A stretch of DNA of 64,000 nt from Oikopleura dioica (lineage: Eukaryota; Animalia; Chordata), in assembly GCA_907165135.1 (NCBI GenBank), contig OU015568.1, forward strand, positions 9,424,001-9,488,000, in the 5' to 3' direction. The stretch's first letter is position 1, and every line of letters begins with the position of its first letter. Position numbers and translations under genes: made by a program. Shown piece by piece: positions 52,671-64,000 of this stretch. A model generated the notes under the pieces. It worked only from the letters and a program-made list of their open reading frames with translations, was not told the DNA's origin and did not search any database.

Positions 52671-55600
52671 CTAGGTTTTGACTTGTTTTGGAACATGAAT
52701 TTCTATATGGTTGTTTTTCTTTTTGTAGCTTGGCAGATCGACGGAGGAGGACTCGCTGACGGCTATACTTAGTTCGTGCTGAAATGGGTTAGATATCGGC
52801 TTGTCTTCACAAGGGAAGTTTTGGCATGTTACTATGTACACATACAGGGGGAGTCTTACTGTACTTACTTGAAAATTAACAGTGCCGCAACACTTGAGAA
52901 TTCCTTTTCTTGGAAATGGTCCTTCCTGAAATTCAAAAAATCAAATTTGAGCTGGTTCTACTTTTAACTTCAAGCAAAAACACCAATTTCCAAGTTGGAA
53001 CTAAACAGTAGAGCTCACCCCTGTACATTATTCGATTACAAAAGCCATTTTTAGATAGAATGATTTTAAACGAGTGTTTAAAAAAGTACCTGTTTATACA
53101 GAATTTTCCAATTTGGCTGAATGATGATATCCAACTCTTTGCCCTCCTTTCGTTTAATTTGTCCTAGTCGCAACGCGAACTCGAGGACGAACCTGCCCGT
53201 GAGAAGGAGGTCCCCTTTGAGGCCATCTTGCTTGACTCTAAGTGTGCAGACCCCGTCATCGTAAGGCGACATGCAAATGCTGTGGATATTCTTGACTTCA
53301 ATTGTGCTCTTGAGTTTTAGCGAGTCGGCCGCAAGGATCGACACAGCTGATGTCAAAACGACGATTACTTCTTGCGTCTAAAGCGAGAAGGTAAATTTAG
53401 CCAGGCAAAGTGGAATTATTTTATTTTGGAATTCGGGAGGTGGAATTTGCGATTCGCGGTTTAGTCGAATTCCGCCTATTCTGGAATTTACGAATTTAGC
53501 AAGTCTGACGTACAATGTTTTTAATTTCATTCTTGCGCACTTTTCTACTTGTTAGTAATAATCTCATATTTTAAAAAATTTTTACCTTTCCATCTTTTCT
53601 GTTAACTTTTTGCATGATATCCGCAAAAAGGATATCGCCAAAAAGGTTCTTCGTACTCAGGTCTTCCCATTTCTTCTCCGAATTCAGGTTGATATAATCG
53701 GCTCTGTAGACAAGTCTCAATTGCGATCGGAAAAGCGCTTTTCTTCAAACATTTCTGCACACTCAACTTTGTCAACCAGAAGCCTGTGTTGACTGGGCGT
53801 CAGTTTTCTGATGTGATTTGTGCATCGCCATTTGTGATGGAGTTTTCTGAGCAAGGAGTCGGTTTCTGCGAGTTTTTTGTGGCGCAGAATCGGCCAGGAA
53901 GAATCTGTGGGAGAGGAGGAAGGAAGAGACTTGGCTAAAGCAAGTAAGTACTTCTTTACGGATAGATTGTCCATAAAACGGGCGATTATGGGGGCAGCAT
54001 TGGCTTTGAATAATTTTCGCGTTTCACGGCGACATTTCATCCCACGCCACGCAGCGGCGATAGTGGTCGCGGCATTATGCCGCTTTTGAATAAGTTTGAG
54101 TCTGGCGAGCTCGGCGCGCGCCCGCATTCCCCGAAAAAAGCACTGTATCGTCAGCGTACTCTTCTTCGTTTCCAAATACAGACGGCGCTGCTTGTAGCAC
54201 TTCCACTGCGACGAAATAGAAATTTGGGCGCTTTTCATTGCCGTGAATTTCTTTCGCTGAACGTAGCATCGCCACTGCGCTTGGACCTTGGCGACGATGG
54301 ATTCGAGCATTTTCAAACGGATTTCTTCCAGCTTGAAGATCATTTTTGGACTTCGGATGAAGATCTTCGATCGACCGAACTCGTACTCGTCTTTGGAAAG
54401 CTTCGTGTCTTCCAGAATGCATTTAACCGCGTCCCGGTGGGCTTTATTTGATGAAGGCCAAGTTGAGTCACTTTGATTTTTACAAATATTTTTAAGAATT
54501 CTTTTTCTTACCTCATCATTTTGTATCTATTATGAAACTCGGGATAAGACTGCCTAAAGGAATATCCCGCTCGTCTAACACGAACATTTTCAACAAGCCC
54601 CAAATATCTGATTTGGCTGGTCACGAGGCCCTTGTCAAACAATTTTGGGGCTTTTTGTTCATTCGGTTTGATGCACCTAATGTAATGTGGTTGCTTTTGG
54701 AGCAAGTTCTTCATCAATGTCGACATTGACAATTTGAACTGGTGACCCTGAGTTGGTGGGCGCTTTCGATTGTCGAATTTCGGATCGCCTAATAATTTAT
54801 TATTTTTAATGAATACTGGTAAATAACTAATAGTAATAATAGTAATAGTAATAACTAATTATAATAATTTTTTCGATAATTATCATTATTAGAATAAAAA
54901 ATAATTAATTTCTAAACTATTTCTTTTAAAAATTATTTGATAAACTGATTTGTGAATGAACTAGTTATTTTTATGTGTCACTCCTTCTTGTTAACATTTG
55001 TTATCAAATGGAAAATCAACTCGAAAGATTTACCTTCTGGGAAACATTGTTTCAGGACATGACACGACGAATTGAAAGAGACAGCTGACAGGCTGCTATA
55101 TAAAACATCCTTATTTTTCTCGACGAAATTGATAATCGAGTATTTCACGGTGCCCGCATAATGCGTAATACTGAAGTCGGTGGAGCTTAGGATTGCACTT
55201 TTGTTCGAGTTTTTGGAGGTCGCTTTGTTGCTTTTAGAATTGTTGTTGTTTTCTCGACTCTGGTAGAATTTGCTGGATTGAAGATAGATGTCGAATTTTT
55301 GAAGAAGTTGCGCATCACCTGTTTCTCCTGTTCAATGAAATCGAGAGACGATTCAAGCGATAGAAGGAAAGTAGTAGAATTTAAAGAGGGATAACGATGT
55401 TTACCCCCTGGGAGGTAACAGCTGGGCTCGGCAACCTGAGTACAGGGTCAGGGTCAGGGTCAGGGTTAGAAAAATTTTTCTTGATATTTACTCAGGAACT
55501 CAGGTCAGGGTTTCTCACTCAGTCAGGTACTCAGGGTACTCAGTCAGGCCTGCTCAGACTCAGGAACTCAGGTCAGGGTCAGGTGCCTGACTCAGGCCAA

Positions 55601-58055
55601 AACTCAGGGTTTTTCCACACATAAAAATTTTAACAATTCCATTTTTCGCAGATTACATATAACCTTTAATCACAAAATCGCCCATAAGATGGAAAATTAC
55701 TGTATTTTGACCGCCTTGACATTGCAAATTGACCCTTTTTTGTGTTTTTTTCGCTTACTCAGGCCCTGTGTGAGCAACTCAGGCCTGTCTCTTAACTCAG
55801 GTCAGGGTCAGGCTCAGGGTTTTTTTTCTCGGGCCTCGATTTTACTCAGGCACACAGGTCAGGGCCTGTGTACTCAGTACTCAGGGGCCTGACTCAGGGT
55901 TTTACTCAGGTCAGATTGCCGAGCCCAGGGTAACAGACTAGGTAGATAAACGCTTTCGATGCTAATTAATCAGGATGTGCGATAAGGGGAGGAGATAGAG
56001 GACTTATTCACTCAACCGACCTGCAGTAAATTTCGAAATTAATATTTTTCAATTTTGAAATTTTAAAATAAAAGAAAAATTCAATTCCATTCCTGGTCGG
56101 AGACATTCTTCATCGAGTAGGCCGAGTACCCCGGGGCGCCCCTCGATGAGATTAACAATGGGCACGTTGTTGAAGTACTCAATCTGTTGCCACTGGATTC
56201 CTTCGCGTTGATACTCTTCCTGCTCCTGCTTCAGCGTTAATTCGATGAACACTTGGTGCAGCTTTTCGTTGCAATAGTTGATCAGCAACTGCTCGAAGGA
56301 GTTTTCTGTGAGCACTTCGAATCCGTAAATGTCCAAAACGCCGATCACGCTTCTAATTTCTTTCTTTTCTATTTTGAGAAAGGCGTTGAGTCGCTGGACC
56401 AACCAGTCGAATACGCGCCCGTAAAGAGCTTTACAAAAGGACAGTTGGACGGCTTCCGCTTCCGGTACCGAAAGAGTCACGTGAACTGTTTCGCCTTTTG
56501 CCGAGGAGATCTTGATGGCTCTTCTGGTGAGAGCCTCACTTAGGCTCTCCTCGTGGATCCTTAAATACCACGTGTTAGCCGACGAAATTGCATGCTCTGC
56601 CTTGAACATTAACTGCAAGAAGATGCAGCTGCTCTATCCCGATTTACTCTGGGACACTTTTATTTTATGCAGCGAAATCGAAGGTTCTACTTTCATCAAC
56701 GACCACTGTATAATAAAGCGAAAAAATTGGTTTATTAAAATAGATGTTTTTACTCTTAAAATAGTCTGCTGAGTAAACAAAAAAAAAAGAGAGAAAAGAG
56801 TGTACCTGAGCAAGGTGGCGACCCGGCCGAGTACTTCAGCGTTCTTGACTTGGCACTCGTCGTCACCTTTAGAAGTAAATTGCACATTTCCAAGGTGCAG
56901 AATCGCCGCGATGATTCTCTTGATTGCGCCAATCTCTTCCTCCGCAAAACCTATCGTAACCATCGCGCTTACTAACTCTTCCCAGCGTTTACTAACAACG
57001 AGATTTACATACAAAGAAAATGGCCAAATTTTAGGTGCAAGCGTAACTAATTAGAATATGGGTGTACCTATCATTAATGCCTGGAACGTGCTCGACTCCA
57101 CCACGAGCAAGGATGTTGTAGTCGACCGCACGCCTTGTCAATTGGAAGCTGGCGAGTTCGGCTTCGTCGATTCCGTGAATGAGAAAGTAAAAAATGTGAA
57201 AGTTACGCTCCTCCGCGCACTGGAAAACGACGCGACACTTTTCAAGGAGATAGTTATTGATTTGGCCGCCGACCGGTTGTCCGTCAAAGCCGAAGGCGAT
57301 ATCCATGTACTTGCCGAAGCGCGAGGAATTATCGTTTCGCATTGTTTTCGCGTTTCCGAAAGCTTCCAGGATCGGATTGCTCTGGATAAGCTGATCCTTG
57401 ATCCGATCTATCCCCACTTGCATCGGCGTTACCGTCGAAATGTAGTTCATCATTATCTTCGATGCCTCCGTTTTTCCGGCGCCGGATTCGCCCGTGATCA
57501 GGATGCATTGATCTTCAATAGTAATTTAACTCTTATTTAAATAAGAAAATAGTACTTATTTCGATAATAAACGTCTACTAAGAATTTTCTCTAAAAAGTT
57601 TCTTTTCGAAAATTTTCAAAACCAAATGTTTGAGTAGTACATGGTATACATTTGAATTTTACCTTTACAGAACGTGCGCATTTGTCGATATGCGGCCTCA
57701 ACTAACCCAAACAGATGCGCCGGCATTTCGTACATATTCCGACTTATTTGCGGTCACAAACTGTTTCTTACTTTCTACTTTCTCGTTTCAAAGATAGAAA
57801 TGGATTATTTTGTTCTGACCGTTGCCCATTATATTTTCGAACAATGTCGTCGGAGTATATCGCCACGTTCTGATACGGATTGATGGAAATAACCACGGGG
57901 CCAATGTACGTGTAAATTGCATTTTTCGCAAAGCGCTTCCGTAAATTCTCCAGCACCGCTTCCTCGTTTATGTTTTCAAGAAGGACGAGATCCTGGACGC
58001 CGGTGCCTTTGTCGCCCAGATCCAGCTGGAAACTCGTCCCAGTCACAAATGTCAT
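52671..58055 (-). CDS. MYO1B: Class I myosin (MYO1A/B-like): motor, IQ motifs, TH1 tail; apparent 1-nt frameshift at ~53740
   Basis: [60 protein letters not shown] repeats, and a TH1 ending [12 protein letters not shown]. Includes a GC-AG and a GA-AG intron. Subclass assignment is by recalled similarity. Confidence 0.93.
55422..55928. mobile_element. 507-bp non-autonomous hAT-type element (8-bp TSD GGTAACAG) in a myosin intron
   Basis: 13-bp TIR CTGGGCTCGGCAA/TTGCCGAGCCCAG. TSD at 55414-55421 and 55929-55936. About 25 subterminal TCAGG motifs. Confidence 0.92.
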
Positions 58056-59608
58056 CGCTATTTCTTGTTGAACTTTTCTCTCTTTCCGATTTTTAGCAGC
58101 TCATTCTGAAACTCTCTCTCAATTTCGCTCTCCCTAAAAATCTTCAAATTTATGACCCGGGAGCAAAAATACCGATCATAAATTTCAGATTTGATGAATA
58201 TTTCAAAATGCCATTTTCAATAATCATTAATCAATCCTCATCATTCAATCTCATAAAAATATTGTCTCAGAATAAGAATAGCAGCTCTATTTTGTAAACA
58301 AAAGTCTTTTGGAAAAATAATATACGTTTTTTTTTCACGATGAATTTTGATGCTAGCGCGATCTCTGGGAAATGAAGGTGTCTCTGGTGCTCCACATTCT
58401 GGCCCGCAGCGACCCCACTGAATGATCGATTCAGAATCGGCAGAAAAAAATTCCGCGTTCCATTATGAAAATGAAAATTGAAGAGTAAGACCCGCTAAGC
58501 ATTTACAGTAAGCTTATTAAAAAAAGAGAGAGAGCGCTGCGGTGAAATTTACACAACAGTGACGTTAGACCTATTTTGTGGCGATATATGAGAGTGTATC
58601 GAGGGAAATTGCCAGCGCTGCAAGAACATAAATGCAGAAAAAAGGTCGTTTAAAAGTTACGACTGTTAGTTTTCTTTGCTTAAATACTACCGCCGGGCTT
58701 TTTCTTTCTTGTTTTTCCGCCCTTGGCATTTGTAAATCACTGGAAATTGACTTGTATTAATAACTTTCAAGACAAGTGACTATTTAAAGCCCTTCTATTG
58801 TCAGGTTTCCAAATAAGATTTAACGAAGGTATCGAATTGAAGATTGAAATGCTGATTCATGAATTTTATGTCGCGCACCTGTAACAGTATCCTGTGAGAA
58901 ACACGCAGGAAAAATTCTCTCTGTTCTCAAATCATAAAACCTTTTCTCTCCAAAGATACCCGAAAAAGGGATGACTCCTAAAACTCGAGCCAACTATCCT
59001 CAAGTCGCCACCAACGTGTCAAAAAAGGGATTACACTGTTTCTCAATTCAGAGTGTGTCCGTCAAATGACTTTGTATCCCGCCAAGGGACCAGAAGGATG
59101 GCAAAAAATCTGCCATGGAATATATAAATTCCTCTCACATTCCACCGTGATGAAATCTAACGTTGGTACATGTCTCCTACCCGTGCATTTTCTACCATTT
59201 TCTTATCTACGTCCGCAGCTTTGGGAAAAATTATTACCGATAGTCCCTTTGCGGTTGAAACTCGAGTTAGATTTCGTTAAATACTTCCGGGCGAAAGTTT
59301 ATGTCAAACTGATGACATTGGCAAAACTTTGATGCTCAAAATTTGATCGCCAATTTAGAGAAGAGTTTCTACCGCTGAGAAATTGAAACACATCGGGGTT
59401 AGCATTAGCCATGAAATCGCATTAGTGATCGAAAGATTGAATCTCCTACTAAAGTGAGCAAATCAAAAAATTGCTTTGATTTTGAATGAGAAAAGCACAA
59501 AACTCGGATTGTTACGGAACTTTGAATTTATTAAATGAATGTTTCTTGCACGATAAATGAAACGATAAGTGGCTCATAAACAAATGTCTTTTGAAACACT
59601 TTTTAAAC

Positions 59609-62600
59609 TTAGCGGGATCTTGACCTTGATCCTCTCCTCCTTGATCTGCGCGAGTACCGATCATATGACGGTGATCTTGAGCGGGACCGTGAGCGCGATC
59701 GGTATTTTCGTCTTCTACTAGTAGTTGTCCCTGTGTCCAGGGTGCTCGATTCGTCTCGTCAAATTCGTCCGATACGAGGACGAGATGAAACGAGAAAATT
59801 CGTCGTCAATTCGTCGTCCCGGTGCCCGAAAAATCCTCGTCCAAACTCGTCCTGACGATTTTTTTTTCACTTTCGTCCGACGAAAATTTCTCGTCCGCTC
59901 GGCTCACCGAAAATCTTTTCCGGTCTCGTTTTTTTTTCGTCAGCTCGTCCAACCGAGATTTTAGTATTAAACTGAGTAAAACGGGGCCCCGGAATCGCAA
60001 AAATAACATTGAAATAACTTTCGTTTCCCTTAATATATTTTTAAAATTCAACCTGCATGCTTCACTCATTTTGATGAGTGAAACATCCTCAATTTTCGCT
60101 TAGAATAAACCGAATTCCTGATAAAGCTCGTTTTGTGGGAGTATAGAGCCGAAAATAACTTTATTTTGAACTATCAGATTGACCGACCAACCGACTAATT
60201 TCATTTTTGAAATAGCTGGTCAGTGTTTTGTATCCAAACAAGACCGATCGACAGCCCGACCTGGTCGGAATAGTCAGTGCCGACCCTTGGTTGGACAAGC
60301 TGGACAAGTTTTTTTTTCGGTTTTCGGCAGGACGAACTAGACGAGTTTTTTTCGGTTTTCGGTTCGACGAGCTTGACGAGTTTTTTTTTCGTCCTCGTTT
60401 TCGTCCATTTTTCGTCCGTCCGGGGAGGATTTTTTCGTCCTCGTCCGTCATTCGTCCGGGAAAATTAAAAATTTTGGACGAATCGAGCACCCTGCCTGTG
60501 TCATAATGGTCGTCCAGTTTACTTTCCGTTTCTTTACGATATGACTCGTAGGAAAATGAACTTTCACTCTTGTATTCTCGACTGTCTCTGTCAATTATTT
60601 CAGGCGCTGCTGGAGGTTCAGGAGCACTGTAGTCGACTACTTTCGCCGGCCGACGAGATGCGCGAACTTCTGGTTCTGGCTCAGGTGGACGGTTTTGGGT
60701 CCAATGTAAAATGGGGATTTCAAAATTTATGAGAAATTTTTTTATCTTTTATTATATCTTATGACTTTTATGAAAACCCTATCTATAACCTTCTTCTCCT
60801 GCTTCGGAGGGATCGATCTTGCGAGTTCTGCTCTTTCATAAAGGCTTTTTTCTTCTTGAGTCAATCTGGGTCGATATTGCTTCTGATGAAAAGGAGGTCT
60901 TGGATGGTTGTATCTCGGATTATTGTGCCTTGGTGGGCGCTGATGCACCATTGGTGGTCGGGGATGTCGTAGTCTTGGTTGATGGTGTAAAACTGGTGGT
61001 GCATTTGGGGCGACAATTACTGGTGGAGGAACGGGCTTTTGAACAACTCTAACAGGAGGAATAGCACTTGGTAAACCTTCGGGCATCGGAACTGGTAATT
61101 GATAGTCGTCTGGCAGCCCGGATGGATTTTCCTGAAACACATAAATTTGAAAAGAAGAAGAGAAATGAACTACCGGATCCTCGGCATTCTCCGCCTGCGG
61201 TGGTTCTGCCTCTTTAGGAGGAACATTTTGTTGAACCTTCGAAAGAAGATCCTTCAAATTGTTCACGTCCAAATCCAACAAATTACACGTCGAGCTGGTC
61301 ACATCTGCTTGTATTGGCTTTCTCTTCCTGCTCGGCAGATCTGGAATGTCATCCATTCCTTGCAACTTCAGCGACCCGGGCTCCTTTGGAGGCTCATAAA
61401 CTGGTGGGCCGGTTTCGTCAGAAAGCCGTTTTGGTTCCACCATTTTTTGCTTACTGAAACAGCGAGGCATGCCGTAGCCAGCCGGTGGTCTTTCAAATGT
61501 TCTTCCTTTATGTGAGACAACATCTTCCCTAGCCAAATTAATCGTGCCTTTCTTAGACATAAAATGATGACGCTATAAATATAAGATCGCTTTACCTTCA
61601 TTAGATTCGCTGGAAAATCATCGCCTCCTTTCAAATCAAAGAATTTTGGCGGACTTGGAGGGCCTGGATCTCGACGATAAAGTTCGTCGCGGATCAGTTC
61701 TATTTTCTTCGCTTGATCCTCTTGGACTTTCATCAGTGTCTTGTCTTGCTCCTTCCATTGGTCGATGTAATTTTGAAAGAGCGTTTTATTCGGATGATTG
61801 GCGTGCTGATTCTTCCATTTTTCGCAGTCTTCTTTCCAGTCGAAGTACTCTTTCTTTGACTTCCTGAAAACATTGAGAGTTCAACAACAAAGAAATGACG
61901 AGAGAATTTACTCTTGGAGATTTTTCATTTCGTCCAGCTTCAAATTTAGGTCCTTATCCGTCAGTAATTTAAGATCATTCCAGTCAATGTTTTTCAATCT
62001 ATCGCTATCTGAAATCGTCGCATAGCCACCTAAGATAATTTCATGCCAAAATCATTTTAGTTTCGAGAAATACCAGCTTGCTTTTTTGGCATGTTAGCTT
62101 GGCGCTCCTGCTCGATCAGGCGCGCTTCTGCTTGAGCCTCTGCTCTCATGATTTCCCGGTGTCGGTCGAGTTCGATATTCCACATTCTTCTCTTTCAACG
62201 ACATTTTTCAATACCCCGATAAGGCCATTGTGAATATAAAAAAAGACCGGTTCCTGAGATTCTTCGCTCGATTTGCGAAAACTTACCAAACTGGCATATT
62301 TCCGCATTTTCTCACCTAGCGGGCCTTGGAGATGCCTGAGCTCCCACTCGACGAATTCTGGAATCGGCGGGGGTGGTGGTTCACTATTAATTTATTTTCT
62401 CAACAATTCAGTAAAACAGTTGTAAGACAGACCTAGGTGGTGCAAAACTAGGCTCTGGTGGAGGGGCTGGCTGATCTTTTCGGAAAGAAACTGGCCCTTG
62501 ATGCGGGTTGAAATCATATTTATTTTGCTGATTATTCTGATTGAAAGAATTGTTGGCATGATATGGTCCATAAAAGTGGTTGTTTGATTGGTGAAATGAT

Positions 62601-63440
62601 CCTCCGTGAGCATCCTCCTCTTGACTCTCTTTTCCTTGATACCAGCTAGCTTGAAAATTGGGATCCATTGCATTTCTCCCTCTTGGATTTCTCCCAGGCT
62701 CAGATGGATAACGATAGATGGTGTTTAGCTGTTGGGGTTGACGCGGCACCGATCCAAATCTTGGCCCCTGTCCCCGGCCCCTCAATTGAGGCATACCACC
62801 GGGCCGGGCCGGTCCTGGTGGACGAACTTTTTTAAGTCTCTGGAAATGTATCAAACAATCTCTTGTCTTTAGAAATCTTGATGTTCTCTTATTCTAATCG
62901 GTTTTTATATATCAATTGTTCTCAAAACTTTTCATTCAGTACTGTGCGGTGACATAACATTTGAGCAACTCCTGCAGTAGTTCATGTGAATTTCTCTGAG
63001 GAAGATAAATGTTTGAAAAGAACGCAAAAATGTTTGGAATTTCTTGATATGAATTGTATTGAATATGATTGTGAATTGAAATTTTGTGAAGTTGACCTTT
63101 GAAATTCTCTCGTAGACTCGTCCCTAAAACCGATCCTCGTATAAATAAAAATTCAGGAGAAGAACTTACCTAATCCACCGCTGCTCAAATTCGCATTCGG
63201 TCCTGGAGCTTCTGGCCTCGTCACTGGGCGCCCGCTGCCGCGAAAACTCATTCCAACATGATTTCGAGGATCGTCGCTCTTGCTCTTTTGCTGAAACTGA
63301 TTATTTTGATTCTCTCCGTATCCTCTTCGTCCTTGTCTTCCGTTATTACTATCAGGCCAAGGGCTTGCGCTCTGCGAGCCGCCTCGTCCAGGAGAACCTC
63401 TTCCTCTGTTTCCTCCGCGATTTCCACTGGGCCGCCACAT
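59609..63440 (-). CDS. RG/Pro-rich nuclear protein with C-terminal RS domain (weak YLPM1-like segment), interrupted by a hAT element in its last exon
   Basis: Starts MWRPSGNRGGNRGRG and continues through P-rich exons and YFDWKEDCEKWKNQHANHPNKTLFQNYIDQW. Removing the element plus one TSD restores DDHYDTGTTTSRRRKYRSRSRSRSRSPSY...RSRSR*. Some internal splice sites are unresolved. Confidence 0.75.
59738..60494. mobile_element. 757-bp non-autonomous hAT-type element (8-bp TSD CCTGTGTC) inserted in a coding exon
   Basis: 18-bp perfect TIR CAGGGTGCTCGATTCGTC/GACGAATCGAGCACCCTG. TSD at 59730-59737 and 60495-60502. More than 20 subterminal TCGTC/GACGA motifs. Confidence 0.95.
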
Positions 63441-63672
63441 TGAAAAGTGTCCGATTTCTAAAGTGAAAACTTCATGAAACTTGTTCAGCTCAAATCAAAT
63501 TATTGAAATTGACGCAATTGGAGAGTAACTGGCAGAGTAAAATTGAAGAAATGTCGAGTTAGAAAAATAAAATTGTAAAATCTACATTGACATGAAGGAG
63601 ACTACCAAAATTGTAGAACTTGAACAGACTGATTCCATCTACACAAAATTGAAAATAGAAATAAGAATTGAT

Positions 63673-64000
63673 CTAATCTTCTTTGAGACTTCCTACTTCT
63701 TCGACTTCGAGTGGGAGGCCGTGCACTGCGTAGTCGATGATGTAGCCGATGCCAAGCATGATGAAATTAACTGTAGAGATGCCAAGCGCGAGCAACATTA
63801 GCTGCCACCAGCGAGACATTAAAAGAGGCGTCTGTGCCGAACCCTCGAATATTAAAATGCTCAATTGCCACCTAAACTGGTCAGAAATGAAAGCTTCAAA
63901 AACAACTTACAGAATGAAAAATCCTAAGGAGCCGAATGATCGTTTCATCGCTTTTCCAAAACCATCCGTGTCGTGTGGCGCGAAAAAACTTTCCACAAGG
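63673..64000 (-). CDS. 3' end of a membrane protein, truncated by the window edge
   Basis: FGKAMKRSFGSLGFFIL splices (GT-AG) to WQLSILIFEGSAQTPLLMSRWWQLMLLALGISTVNFIMLGIGYII...ED*. Confidence 0.55.

Noticed and set aside
53730-53750. Programmed ribosomal frameshift in myosin I
   Set aside because: No X-XXY-YYZ slippery heptamer; a homopolymer indel is the simpler explanation.
55397-55892. SG/Q-rich ORFs
   Set aside because: Translations of the TCAGG subterminal repeats of the hAT element.
59725-60506. Several overlapping ORFs within the hAT element as a transposase
   Set aside because: Low-complexity products of the TCGTC repeats; no DDE or BED motifs, so the element is non-autonomous.

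Overview
Eukaryotic, gene-dense, AT-rich DNA with many 40-50 nt introns, several non-GT splice donors (GC, GA, GG) and head-to-tail genes only 30-60 nt apart. This architecture fits an appendicularian tunicate such as Oikopleura (inference; no database was available). Spliced genes I could reconstruct by hand: a chitin-binding (CBM14) protein, a Zn-finger/coiled-coil/RING protein, a secreted somatomedin-B/Cys-repeat protein, a TSSK-like kinase, a divergent cation-type Cys-loop receptor, an ACP5-like phosphatase, single-domain thyroglobulin-1 and kringle proteins, CFAP107, an MH2-only Smad-like protein, GATD3/ES1, UBOX5, a Smad2/3-type R-Smad, RABL3, TOPORS (with two inverted tRNA-Trp genes in one intron), COLGALT, myosin I (apparent 1-nt frameshift) and an RG/Pro-rich RS-domain protein. 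The most striking signal is a set of non-autonomous terminal-inverted-repeat (TIR) transposons with intact target-site duplications (TSDs): three hAT-type (8-bp TSD) and one Foldback/Mutator-type (9-bp TSD). Two of them sit inside coding exons. For the hAT element at 59738-60494 the TSD/TIR junctions form a GC donor and a CAG acceptor that would splice it out with no footprint, so it may be an intron-generating (introner-like) insertion. All splice models are manual predictions and need RNA evidence.
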